A stretch of 64,000 nucleotides of DNA, from contig NC_043020.1 in the NCBI RefSeq assembly GCF_006345805.1, forward strand, positions 19,034,001 through 19,098,000, given 5' to 3'. A program made the translations under genes and the position numbers. Origin of the DNA: Octopus sinensis (taxonomy: Eukaryota). Within the stretch, counting starts at the first letter, position 1. Every line of letters begins with the position of its first letter. Positions 49,555-62,730 of the stretch are shown one piece after another. Below the pieces are notes generated by a model that was not told the origin of the DNA, made no database searches, and saw only the letters and a list, made by a program, of their open reading frames with translations.

Positions 49555-50700
49555 GGCGCACTCATATCTGATGAAATAGATCAAACACAACAGCTGCTCA
49601 GCAGAGTATAAACATCAGCTGCTAAAACAGGACTGCACAGAAATGTCGAGAAAACGGAATGCTTGCCATTCAACCAATCAAGTGACACTGAACTGTTTGC
49701 TTTGTGCGGTTCCAAACTGAATGTTGCTGAAGACTTCAAGTACTTAGGTAGTTGAGTGAGCAGTTCGCCCAGCAGACATCAAGATCAGCAAGGCATAAGC
49801 ATGGACAGCTTGTCACTAACGAAACAAGGTCTGGAACTCCAGATTGCCCAGGCGAATCAAAATCAAGCGGTTCATTGCAACTGTCGAATCAGTGCTATTA
49901 TATGGCGGTGAAACCTGGACACTGACAGAGATTATCAAACGGGCTAACTGGATGCTACAAAAGGAGGCTACGAATGGCCCTAAATGTGAAATGGCAGCAA
50001 CATAAGACAAATGAACACCTCTATGGATTCATGTCAAAAGTTAGTGAGATGATCAGACAAAGACGGCTGCGGTTATCTGGTCAATGCGTGCGTTACTCTG
50101 ATCTGGAAGCATCCAAATTGGTCTTAGGGAACCCACTTCATATTTCTTTATTGCCCACAAGGAGCTAAACATAGAGGGGACAAACAAGAACATTAAGTCA
50201 ATTACATCGACCCCAGTGCGTAACTGGTACTTAATTTATCGACCCCGAAAGGATGAAAGGTAAAGTCGACCTCGGCGGAATCTGAACTCAGAACGGAGCG
50301 GCAGACGAAATACCTATTTCTTTACTACCCACAAGGGGCTAAACACAGAGAGAACAAACAAGGACAGACAAACGGATTAAGTCGATTATATCGACTCCAG
50401 TGCGTAACTGGTACTTATTTAATCGACCCCGAAAGGATGACAGGCAAAGTCGACCTCGGCAGAATTTGAACTCAGAACGTAACGGCAGACGAAATACCAC
50501 TAAGCATTTCGCCCGGCTTGCTAACGTTTCTGACAGCTCGCCGCCTTCCTGGTGACCCACTTCATGGTGACGTAAGAAGAAGAAAATGTTGTCGCACTTA
50601 CATCGACAACTTGATCGCAGACACTGGCCTGGAATGTACCCATAACCTCGAGGCAATGATGTTGGACCGAGAAGTGGTGGACTTTGTTGCTGCTGCGGCC
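49555..50700 (+). mobile_element. RTE-X-like LINE 3' portion, split by a SINE B dimer
   Basis: EDFKYLGS; ATVESVLLYGGETWTLT; RQRRLRLSGQCVR; LHG..RR...TYIDNLIADTG resumes after the insertion. Confidence 0.9.
50142..50546 (-). mobile_element. SINE B dimer with 11-bp TSD
   Basis: acccacttcat at 50131-50141 and 50555-50565; internal junction at ~50306-50322. Confidence 0.92.
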
Positions 50701-51544
50701 ATAACAATAATGATACGTTCTGAATTCAAATTTTGCCGAGATCAACTTTCATTCTTTCGTGGTCGATAAAATGAAGTAACAATTTTGTATTGGAGTCATA
50801 ATTGTTGGCCTTGGACCAAAATTAGACAGAATTTAGTTGATGGAACTGAGAAATTCTTGAAGGGAGAATATACTCAGCAACATTAATGTTTGAACTTAAA
50901 CATAAAAAATTAAGAATGAAATATGAAAAAAACTACTTAATGAGAAAGATCATACAGGAACATAGTCGTGTTTTCAATACAACATCTTTGAAAGAAAGAT
51001 ATACACGTGTGTGTGTTTTGTGTGTGTGTATGTGTGTGTGTGTATGTATGTATGTGTGTTTTGTGTGTGTGTATGTGTGTGTGTATGTATGTTATGTGTG
51101 TTTTGTGTGTGTGCATTACCCAGTTTGCATTAGAGCTGGTTAAAACCATAGTCGACACTTGTGCTTTTATAAAGGTTGCGGATACTTTCTTTCTTTCTTT
51201 CTTTCTTTCTGCTAGCTTTGCAAAGGAAATATATACTTTCTAAATGCACGTGTAAGTTTAGGTGTGTACGTGTGTATGCATAATACACACGCATAAATAC
51301 TATCGCACGTGTGTTTGTTTGTTTGTATGTTTGTTTGTGTGTGTGTGTATGTGTGTGTGTGTGTGTGTGTGTATGAATCCATATACAGGAAGCAGCAAAA
51401 AATATTTCGCTTTCGTATACGCTATTCCATACCTAAAAACGTTGGAATAAAAAGGATATGTATATGCAAAGCAAGAGGAAATATACACACATACATATAT
51501 ATATAAACATACATAGATTCATACATACACACACGCTGATGTAT

Positions 51545-51581
<37 letters not shown>

Positions 51582-51919
51582 CATAAAATGAAAGTAAATA
51601 CAAATACACACGCACATTCACACACAAACATACACAGATATTTATATATAAAAATGCATATAATACACACACATACATTCACATATATATACATACATAC
51701 ACACACAGATATATATATATATAAACAAATCCACATGTATACACACACACACACACCACACACACAAAATGAAAGTAAATACAAGCATACACACGTGGAC
51801 GCACACACAGAGAAAGTATATATTTTCGAAATATTAGCTTCCAACCCAAAAGCGAAAATGCTTTCGTAACCAAATTGTTGTCTAATGTTCAGAGTAGGTC
51901 AATTTCCTTTACTTTCCGC

Positions 51920-52019
51920 NNNNNNNNNNNNNNNNNNNNNNNNNNNNNNNNNNNNNNNNNNNNNNNNNNNNNNNNNNNNNNNNNNNNNNNNNNNNNNNNN
52001 NNNNNNNNNNNNNNNNNNN
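51920..52019. other. Assembly gap (100 N)
   Basis: Run of N. Confidence 1.
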
Positions 52020-52122
52020 GAAGAATTTTAGTCGAATGAATTACAACCAGTACATTTTTTCTTGAGCCTGGTACTTATTCTATCGATATCTTTTGCTGAT
52101 CCCCTAATTTACGGGGACGTAA

Positions 52123-52154
<32 letters not shown>

Positions 52155-52308
52155 GACGGGTTTCTTTCAGTTTCCACCTACCAAATCCACTCAGAAGCCC
52201 TTGGTCGGCCCGAGGCTATAGTAGAAGACGTTTACTTAAGGTGCCATGCAGTGGGACTGAACCTGGAACCATGTGGTTGGGAAGCAAGCTTTTTACCACA
52301 CAGCCACG
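52020..52308 (-). mobile_element. SINE family A, cut by the gap
   Basis: ggggacgtaaacac...cagtttccacctaccaaatccac...ttaccacacagccacgcc. Confidence 0.9.
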
Positions 52309-52811
52309 CCTATCTCTACCAAATTCCAATCACGAGGAATCCGAAACTATAACAGAATATGCTTGTCCCAATGAGCGCGTGGTTGAACCGAGTCTGGTAA
52401 CTTATGGTTCCGAATCGGAACTCTTAGCCACACACCTATAGCTGATCGTATCTACATCCGCGAGGTGCTCATCACAACTCCCAGATTATACACTCCTTGA
52501 CTACAGCAATGAATTGCATTTCTTCATTGATATCTATTTTCAGCTGATTGAACTAGATACATAGTTACCTGGATACAGAGTTAATTTGCTCTCACGCAGT
52601 ACCTATTTACGGCTGTATGGACTGAGTATGCACTTAATGGCCAGATAACCGAAGAGATGGTGTTGTGGATTTCCACTTCGGCATCCGAAACTCAGAGTTT
52701 TATCATGGCTACTGAATAATTGTCACATATTACATTTACAGATAAATTCCTCTATTTACATAATATTGAGGTCTCTTTCTTTCTTTTGTTATCTTACCGT
52801 TTTTACAAATA

Positions 52812-52843
<32 letters not shown>

Positions 52844-52849
52844 ATAAAA

Positions 52850-53120
52850 TCGTAAGTTCGATTTCTGGAACTGGGCGGCGCGTTGTGCTTTCGAACAAAG
52901 CACTTCATTTCACGTTGCTCCAGTCCACTCAACTGTAAATGGATAAACCTGCGACGGAATAACTTTCCGATTCGGGGTGGGGTGGGTGGAGGTGTTAGCA
53001 AATATGGTTCTTCCTCGCCTAGCCAGCGGGGTGGCATCATTCGAAATCTAAAACTGCGAAATGCATTGTGACTAGTGATGTACAACAACATCCAATAGCC
53101 TGGTCAATAACACAGTGATT
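52850..53120 (+). mobile_element. SINE family C
   Basis: cacttcatttcacgttgctccagtccactcaactg, reverse complement of the 41445-41680 core. Confidence 0.8.
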
Positions 53121-53155
53121 TTATGTGTGTGTGTGTATCCGCGCTATTCCTCTTT

Positions 53156-53182
53156 CTGACGAAGAAGCATGGTTGAAACGTC
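53156..53182 (+). ncRNA. Minimal hammerhead core, decayed stems
   Basis: CTGACGA-agaagcatggtt-GAAACGTC. Confidence 0.45.
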
Positions 53183-54096
53183 ACACGCACCTTTTATTTT
53201 CATCTGAAACTGAGTGTCGACCTGATACATTCACTGCGGTGTACGTCCTTTTGACTTCTGTCGTCTTTCTTTTTCTTTTCGATTTGCTTCTGTGTTTGTG
53301 TGTGTGTGCGTGTGTGCACGCGAAGTTATGCCTCTCATAAGTGAATTTGTCTCTGATGCTCTTTTCCTTAAATATTACGCTTTTGAAATTGGGATTCGTG
53401 TAATATGTCTATACAAAGTAATATGCCATCAAAAATACGTCACTCATAGATTTGGTTGGTGCTATACGACTGTGAACTGTGCACCGCCCATGGTACCTAT
53501 TTGCAGCTAGGTGGGAGTAGAACGATTTTAAGTTTAGTGTCCTGGCCAACGACCGCAACACAATAGTCACAGCAGTGAGGTAGCGACTGCCTACTCACTG
53601 TCCATTCTAGACAGTTGTTAATTATTGTGCAACACACACACACACACACACACACTAGTGTGTGTGTGAGTGTGCATAGTTCCTTGAGCATGTGGGTTTT
53701 TTTTTTTTTTTTTTGGTTAAGTTTATATATATTTATATATACACACACACATACACAGATACACACAACTCTTGAGAATGAGTTATTACGAAAGAGTTCC
53801 TGATAAGTTGCCAAACTGCTGTCTTGAAATGGTTTAATGTGTATGTGGCGGGAAGGGGGTCGAGATAGAAGTGGGGATGGGGGACTAGTTTCTTACGCAG
53901 ATAATCGTGCAACTTTATTTTATTCTCTTCTATTCCGTTCTTTTTTTCTTCTTTTCTACGCTTTTAGTATTTTTTTGTTTTGTTTTTGTATTTTTATTCT
54001 GACAAAAGAACAAGAATTTTTCAAGATTTAAGTGCATTATCCTTTTTTATCACGATTAACACGTTCTCTCTTTTTCCCCTGTCTTTACATTTCCTT

Positions 54097-54126
<30 letters not shown>

Positions 54127-54128
<2 letters not shown>

Positions 54129-54450
54129 CGAGGGTTATCCCGAAAGTAGGGCCAAGGGAAATTGTATATGTTTGTAGAATAACTCTTCCTCTATACAAGA
54201 AGGCACAGGGACGTAAACAAACCAACAACCAGTCAACATAATGTTATCAAATCATTGTCCCCAAAGACTGTCCTTCATTGGACCGAACGGGTGGAAGTTG
54301 GAGGGTGTCTGGTTTGGGCCTAGTTGATGCTTATATTCAAGCTTTTCAGATAAGTCAGCCATACAAACTTCTTTCGCCACTGCCACCACGCTGAGGAAGA
54401 TTAGCAGTCTTTCCTTGTCAAAGCAAAGTGAAGCATCGGTTTTCACTACA
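54127..54450 (-). mobile_element. Mariner 3' remnant with TIR
   Basis: acgagggttatcccgaaagt TIR; PSNFHPFGPMKDSLWGQ*F resembles PSDFHLFGPMK..LRG..F. Confidence 0.8.
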
Positions 54451-54959
54451 GACTCGGCCCATGACCGGATTCCTGCACGCAGCAGCAGTTGTTAGATATC
54501 ATTCAACGAGTTGGTACTGCTCAAACACTGAACGATAGGGTTCAAGGCAATTTCGTCCTTTGCACGTATTTTGTTCTTGCCAAGAACCTTCTAGAGTTGT
54601 CTTTGATATGAAATCCCTCCAGGAGATGCTGTTCACACTTTTCCCGTTGACACCCAGGCCCGCTCCTATGCCTTCATCGCTCATACTTTCCATCTTAGCT
54701 GCAGGAGCTGCCGTACATTAAGAATCTTGCTTCTCGACCATATGGTTTTGGTTTCAGTTCCAACTGCATACTAGCGTACTACCTTGGGCAAGTATGTTCT
54801 GTTATAGCCACGGGCCCACAAATGCTTTGGATATGGTAGACGGTAGTTGGGAGATGTCCGTCGAGCGCGCTCATGTGACTTTGTGTTTGTCCTCGTTCCA
54901 TTGACAACTCACCACTCCAGTATGGACCTCTCTCTCCAAGTCCTAAGTTGCAAGCCCAT

Positions 54960-55480
54960 CGAAACAGATCTATTTCTGACCCTCATGTATGGTGGAGGTT
55001 TTCGTTGATAGATTGCACTGGTTTTGGCACATCCAAATCCACGCTGCCGAGAAGAACCAGTCTCTTGGCTGGGCACCTTTTGCCAATATTTTGAACCCTG
55101 TATTGAACAGAGTTATGGATCTGAAGTTTCCTGTCACGCCTCTCTGGGTTGGATTCTTCATCGTCAGCGCCATCACTTCTCTGCTCAGTCAACTGGGAAT
55201 GCTCCTGGTCTGCAGCCAGGACGGGAGCGAAATAAGCCTGGAATGTGGAAATATAGTTCGTGGGACAGACCATCCAACCCTGACGATTTTTGCTCCTCAC
55301 ACAGCGGCTCAGCTCATCGGATACTTTATCAGCTGAAATCACCCTTTCGCTGCACCCTGTCTCTCTGCTGGAGAATCTTGGTAAACTATTGGGGCAGGCA
55401 TCAAAGTCCCAATGTCGGCAAGCCGCCGCTCACCGTGAACAGTTCGGCAAAGTGCTGAGTTGGAAAGCCATTCTTCTGTG
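54960..55480 (-). mobile_element. Older Tx1/L1-like RT fragment
   Basis: ISADKVSDELSRCVRSK; KNPTQRGVTGNFRSITLFNTGFKILAK; QSINENLH; parallels 38150-38600. Confidence 0.8.
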
Positions 55481-55919
55481 TTTAGAAAAGGAAAGATTGC
55501 GCCTGCTACTCGCTGTCACTGAATTCTTTCATTGTAAATGTCAAAAATTTGCAATTCGAGTAGCCCTTTATGTTTTATGTATAACTGCAGAGCAGCTTTG
55601 AGCGAACCACTTCGTGTTTTAGCGAAATATGTTGATATAGTTTATGCATACACTCAATTAGCATCACTAAGACAGTAGTGATAGCAACAAAGGCGGTTGC
55701 GACAGAAGCAACGTTAACATTAGTTGTGATTATAACAATATCATGTACTTGTGACGAGTTGACGGGTAAGAGCGTCTTGCCTTGGTCGCTCCACTAAATA
55801 CCTGCTAAATTTCTTTCAAGCCACGTTCTGCTTTCGTGAAAAAACGACACCTGTATATATTGTAAACCTAGGTACATTATGTATCGAAACCAAAGACAGC
55901 ACAGTCACTATTAGATTAC

Positions 55920-56148
55920 CTATTTCTTTATTACCCACAAGGGGCTAAACACAGAGGGGACAAACAAGGACAAACATAGTTATTAAGTCAATTATATCGA
56001 CCCCAGTGCGTAACTGGTACTTATTTAATCGACCCCGAAAGGATGAAAGGCAAAGTCGACCTCGGCGGAATTTGAACTCACAACGTAACGACAGACGAAA
56101 TACGGCTACGCATTTCGCTCGGCGTGCTAACGTTTCTGCCAGCTCACC
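55920..56148 (-). mobile_element. SINE family B monomer
   Basis: Head to tail match to 22185-22413. Confidence 0.93.
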
Positions 56149-56302
56149 TTTCGTCACAGGTCAGATCATCAAGGCTATCTTTGAGCTAAACACCTACTTA
56201 CTGTCAATAAAAAGTCGACGACCAAATTTTCAGTTTTCGCGGGAATACTTCATTGGGGGTGGAAGGAGAGAAGAACCACAGCAACAATCGCAACAGCCGT
56301 TG

Positions 56303-56316
56303 GTAACCCTAGCAAC
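56303..56316 (+). promoter_or_regulatory. RFX X-box consensus match
   Basis: GTAACC-ct-AGCAAC fits GTNRCC(N0-3)RGYAAC. Confidence 0.25.
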
Positions 56317-57424
56317 AAACTTAGTAACAACAGTATTTTCCTTACATTAGCACCAAGCTATGAAGTTGTAAGAAATGGAAGCATGGACGTTCGAACAAGC
56401 CATACTCTGTATATTACGAGTGAACGGGAGGGCTTCTACGCGCACAGTAGATCTGCTGGAAATAACAGCCAAGTTTCTCTCAAATTATACCTATAATAAG
56501 AAGTGCATGGCGTTAGAGGATACAATCCTGGATATCTTGTATATAAGAAAGACGAGATAGTCACGATTGGAATGTTATTGATTATACATGTGCTGAGTTG
56601 GACTTAAACAACAGTAACTAGTATGAGCCATCAGGAGATCCTTCTTACTGACCGTCAGTCTGTTAGAAATGGCAGCTAAATTTCCGAAAGGTTGCTTTTG
56701 TTGGATCTTTTCACTATTGAGACGGAGTAAATAATATCAAGCCGAAAGACCGAATACTATTGGTTAAAATTCTAATTATTAAACAATGTTAAACTTAGAA
56801 ATTACAATTCCGTTCTGGTTTACAATTAAGTTTTCTTTTGACACATTCTACCAGTATACGAAGTTTCAAATTGTTTGGTTAAGTAGGAAAAATTTGACAA
56901 ATCAGGCTACGAAAGTGAAAAGATCCATTTTGTTATGCAATAATTTGCTACCTGGAATTCTCCCACCAGGGAAGCCTGTCATTAAAACTGATCTGAGGCG
57001 AAACGGCGATAGCAACAAACTGTTATTTGTGATGTGAGAGGAGATGAGATGATGATGATGATGATGGTGGTGGTGGTTGTGGATAAAAGTCGACTCTGAG
57101 GTTGCGGTCGGTCGTGCCATATCAAACTATTTCAATCGCACAGAAACTTTCACCAGCAGCAGCAACAACACCACCACTATCGTCATCATCATCAATATCA
57201 TTATCAATTTACACCAGCAGCCTGTGTGAATACCAACAGAAATACTAATTTTATAGGTTTCAAAATTGTTTAGTTGGGTCAAGGTCATCTGCACATTCTC
57301 TCTCTCTCTCTCTATTTACTTCTGTCTGTCATCAATACCTAGCTTTCTCTGCTCCGTTGTCTCTGTCTCCCTGTCTCTCTCTTCCTCTTCGCGTGTGTGT
57401 GTATGTATGTGTGTGTATATATAC

Positions 57425-57458
<34 letters not shown>

Positions 57459-57583
57459 GTGTATATGTATATATATATATATATGTGTGGTGTGGTATAT
57501 ATATATATGTGTATGTTGTATATATATGTATACATGTGTATATATTATATGTGTATATATATATGTATATATATATATATGTG

Positions 57584-57620
<37 letters not shown>

Positions 57621-57649
57621 ATGTGTATATATGTATATATGTGTATGTG

Positions 57650-57687
<38 letters not shown>

Positions 57688-58623
57688 TTATGTGTATATA
57701 TATATGTGTATATGTATATATATATATGTATATATATATGTATATGTATATATTTTATATATTATATATGTATATATAATATATATATATATAATATATG
57801 TGTGTTGTGTTTGTGTATATATATATATATATATATTGTTTCTCTGCGTGTATAATATTACTGACTGATCTTTCATTGTCATATCTGTCTGTCTTTCTAC
57901 ACATATTGTCATACTCATGTCCCTCTCTCTCTCACTCTCTCTCTCTCACATAATACACATTTGATTTCTCCACGTGCCAACACTATTTACATTTCAATCT
58001 ATATATATAGCTTACTCACTTGCCATCTCTTACTACTCCCCTTCTTTTATCTATCCCACACTCTTATCGCTCACTCCCACTCCCACTCTCTCTTTCCAAC
58101 TGTCACTCTCTCTACCCCTCCACGGTGTGCCTACGTCACATTTGTCCTTATATCGTATACCTCCCCCGACCCAGCACTTTACCACCAGATACCACTTGGC
58201 TTTTTACTCCTCTTACTAACCCTCTACCACAGCTCCGTGCCTGTCTTCCGTCAGACATAGATATCACACGCACACGCACATATGCGCGCGCGCGCGCACG
58301 TAAACTACGTTATCTCCCCCCCACCCGAAGCAATTGTTATTGTTGTCTTTACCGCTGGCATGGCTGCGTGGGCCAAAAAGTAGCTATACAGTCACGGGGT
58401 TTCGGGTTCATTCCCACTGCGCAGCGCCTTCGATTAGAAGTTTGTTCTACTTTGGTCTACTCCGGGCAGACCAATACCTTGTGGGTGAATTTTTAACCAG
58501 AAATTGCACGGACGTCCGTTGTGTGTATGTGTACGTATATATATTATATATATATATGTATATGTATATATATATATATGTATATGTATATATATATATG
58601 TATATGTATATATATATGTATAG

Positions 58624-58671
<48 letters not shown>

Positions 58672-58796
58672 TATGTATGTATATGTATGTATATCTACTA
58701 GCTACAGAGAGCTTCAGCTGTTAATTTGTACACCACATTTGTTTAACACTTTATTTAAGTTTGTTCCTGTGGAGTACTAAGTGAGTTGCAGCCAGT

Positions 58797-59550
58797 ATTT
58801 TCGTCGGTGTTTACAATTCTATTCCAATTGTTTTCAAATTTGGTATATAGACTAAGTTTTGTATACTAATTATGAAAATGAAATTCATTTTCCTTATAAA
58901 TTCGTAATTAAAAATTTACTAGCCATTAAAATTTTCAAAATTTGGGTATTTTAGCCAATCAGAAGCGAGTCTTTTACACTTCGCCGTGACGGAAAACTCT
59001 GTTTCCGGAGTAACCAAAGATGCTACGTATGCACACAAGGAGGAGATACGAGAAGGATAATCTTCTATAATAATACTCTTGTGTTTTCCTCCGTCACAAC
59101 ATATGAATGAGAAAGAAAGGGGTGATGGCAACTGTTAGTGGGAGAGTTTCAATGTGTGGTGTGGTGTATGTGTGTGTGCAATGAATGTGGAATGGTGAAC
59201 ATTCAACTCCTGTTGGTTTGTTTGTTCGTAGCTTTTAAATATTTAATTTGCTCGCGAATGTCTTAAATGTTAACTTCATTCGTGTATATTTTAATGTCTT
59301 GACTGTTATTTCTAGCAATGTTTTGACATGCCGATGCCATCTCCCGACTGATGATGGAAGAGGCAGCGAACGCGCTGTTTTCTGATTGGCTGAAAATTTT
59401 GAAAATTATCAAACTTTGAACACCTGTAGCACTTTTGCAAAGTCTTTCTGGAATAAATGAAAAACAAATTCGGATTCAGCGTCAAAAATTACATCTATAG
59501 ATACATCGAATAATTTTTTTAAAGATAATTGTAAACACAGACAAAAGCCA
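58797..59550. mobile_element. Non-autonomous DNA transposon with TIRs, possibly Kolobok-like
   Basis: ttttcgtcggtgtttacaatt versus reverse complement of aattgtaaacacagacaaaa; inverted subterminal agccaatcagaa / ttctgattggct motifs; related sequence ~63450-63600. Confidence 0.55.
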
Positions 59551-59560
59551 CAAAGATCCT

Positions 59561-59945
59561 TTTCTTTTCTACTCTAGGCACAAGGTCCGTAAATTTTGAG
59601 ATGGGGGGTGGGGCACTCGATTAGATCGACTCCGGTATGCAACTGGTACTTAATTTGTCAACCCCCGAAAGGATGAAAGGCAAAGTCGACCTCGGCAGAA
59701 TTTGAACCCAGAACTTAAAGACAGACGAAATACCTATTTCTTTACTACCCATAAGGGGCTAAACCCAAAGAGGACAAACAAGGACAGACAAACGGATTAA
59801 GTCGATTATATCAACCTCAGTATGTAATTGGTACTTAATTTATCGACCCCGAAAGGATGAAAGGCAAAGTCGACATCGGCAGAATTTGAACTCAGAACGT
59901 AAAGACAGACGAAATACCGCTAAGCATTTCGCCCTGCTCACCGCC
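59561..59945 (-). mobile_element. SINE B dimer with 13-bp TSD
   Basis: ccacaaagatcct at 59548-59560 and 59956-59968; internal junction at ~59726-59742. Confidence 0.92.
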
Positions 59946-60404
59946 GTAAAAAAACCCACAAAGATCCTACGTCTATAATGACTATATGTTCCGGTGGCGT
60001 TTGATCAGAGGTTAAGGACGGATGAGGAGTAATTCTGTAATGCAATCAATTTTTTGTAACAGTCCAAAGTTGAATTCCAACTGTTGGTCAATTTGTCCCA
60101 AAGTTCTTATCTCAACTTAAAATTAACGAAGCGAATGTCATTCATCTCTGATGTCATCTGACAAACGTCAACCAAGATGGCGTGAAGTAGCCAAGCTGCT
60201 AGAAATAGCAATCCAAATGCTTTTCAATCAGATTCCAACGCTGGATGTTCAAGAACCAAATGAAGGGCAGATTTTCAATCCCGCGATCATCCTGATTCCA
60301 AAATGGTATAATATGTCTATGTGGAGCAAATGTAGACTGAGATACAGATAGGGGTCCCAGACGTTCAGACAAAAATTCGCTTTTATTATTATAGATAAGA
60401 AAAC

Positions 60405-60605
60405 AAGCTGGGTAAATCGTTAGCACGCCGGGCAAAATGCTTAGCAGCATTTCGTTCGTCTTCATATTCTGATTTCAAATTTCGCCGGGATTGACTTTGC
60501 CTTCCATCCTTTCGATGTCTTAACTACCAGTAGAACACTGGAGTCAATGTAATCAACTTAGTCCCTGCCCCGAAATTGCTGGCCTTGTGACAAAATTTGA
60601 AACCA
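60405..60605 (+). mobile_element. SINE family B, diverged
   Basis: atcgttagcacgccgggcaaaatgcttagc...gactttgccttccatcctttcg...ggccttgtg. Confidence 0.85.
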
Positions 60606-61637
60606 ATATTACTGACACACACCATTTTAAATAAAGCTTTTTATCTTACTCATGCATGAGGGGCAGCTAAACAAATACGCAAGTGATTTAATTTTCACCT
60701 TTTAGACACTTGCAATCAGTGTACGTACAGAAAAGAGTCAGCCTCTAGCATGGCCACTCTGCTTGGCAGAAATAGCAGCTAAATCGCCGTGAAATAACAG
60801 ATTGTCGTCTGAAATAAGAAAATGAGATATGAAATAATGAATTACTCTGAAAACAGTGATATTTCTTCGTTGCACTTTGCAAGTGGCGTCCCAACCGTCG
60901 CAACTACATTTGAAAGCTTGTGTTCCAAGAAGTTTTTCTGTCCATTAAATCGATTATAATGAAAGAAGCGCGCGCAGAACTGCATTCACTTTTCTGATTG
61001 AACAGTTTTACTCCCAGTAGCCCAACTGGGACGATTTGAATTGGGGCCTTCTGAAACGGGACGATCCTCAAATTTTTCAATGAGTATCCTTCTATCAGAC
61101 AAGAACACGGAGTCCATTACTCTCACTGTGGTCTGACAGCAACTTTTCTCTATTGGCTCATGTAGTTGTGTGCCTCTGCTTTCGCTACGGCATTGCCAGC
61201 TGCTCGGTTTAAGCTCCAATTTGACCTGGTGGAAAGCTGGTTTAGTCACCAACTACCTGACCAGGTAACAAGTTGTACCAGTAACATACAAAGTAACCTG
61301 ATATATACATGTGTGTGGGCGCGTGTAATTGTGCTATTTGTGCCTCCTGCAGTCTATGTAATTATACCTATACATTTATGTGTGCGTACTTTTATATCTG
61401 ACATTCATAGCAAGCTGTATGTGTTTCTATGTACCATACGTTTTATACACGACCCACTTAATTTAATAGTATTGCTTTTGTTATATTTATAGAGGCTTAT
61501 ATGTATATACATACATGTTTTAGGACGACTGTGACACAGTAACACATTTTGCGCATATAGTATGCATACGTATTAATTAATACCTTAGCTTCTACATAAA
61601 CTCACACACCATCTACGCATGCAATATATATATATAT

Positions 61638-61671
<34 letters not shown>

Positions 61672-62544
61672 ATATGAGAGAGGGAGAGAGATTTCGCATG
61701 TACCGCATTCGTACACATACAACACTTGCGCACGTGTATATACATACGTATAGCTTATCGAGCCAATTAGGGTGGTAGCTATGTGGTCTTCCGACCGACT
61801 AGAAATAAAAGCCGAATCTCAATTCACACACACTACCGTATTTATAATAGTAAAAAAAAAAAGGATGTCTATGACTGGAATGCTTTTGATCATTGCTTTG
61901 CTCGATTAGGGTTGACCTAGGGCTAAAAAACAGCATACAACTTATGTGGTATACATACATACATACATACACCTTATTTAGCACTTAGCACACATACATA
62001 CAAGCAGTTCTTAAATTCTTTCTGTGATGTTTCTCTCTCCACCCTTAACCTCAATATCATCATCATCGTCATCATCTCTTATTACTGCGCTATTTCTTTT
62101 TTTCTCTCTTTTTCTCTCCTCCTTTCTCCTCTTGGCCTTCTACTTCCTTTCGCCTGTCACGTAATCGGCTTTGATTTCTCTCCTCTCCCCAATCCTCTTG
62201 CGTGTCTCCTCCTTCGTTTATGCTACCCACCACTCTCTTCTCTTTCTTTCTCTCGCTCTCTGCCATTTTGATTCACCGTCTTTTCTTTTTCCTCTTCCGC
62301 TTTTCCTCCCCCTCTCTCCACTCCTCTCATTTTATCTCTTCACTTTATCTATTATTCCCCTTCGTCTTCACTCCATTACTGCTTTCCCTCCCCAACTTCG
62401 TCTTTCTCACTCCTTCCTTTCCTCCTTCCACGTCTTTCATTTCCTTTTCAATCTTACGTTCCCCTTCCTTCGCTCTCAGTCATTCTTTCGACTTCTTACT
62501 CTCTTCTCTCCTCTTCGCTTACTCATACTCTCCTCTCACACTGT

Positions 62545-62649
62545 CTCTCTCTCTCTCAGTTCACCTCTGCATCTATCTACATAGTTCACTTTCTCTCTCT
62601 CTCTCTTCTCTCTCTCTCAGTTCACCTCTGCATCTATCTATATAGTTCA

Positions 62650-62688
<39 letters not shown>

Positions 62689-62730
62689 CACCTCTGCATC
62701 TATCTACATAGTTCACCTTCTCTCTCTCTC
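62545..62730. repeat. Three-copy minisatellite with variable (CT)n inside each unit
   Basis: (ct)n-cagttcacctctgcatctatcta(c/t)atagttcac repeated three times. Confidence 0.9.
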
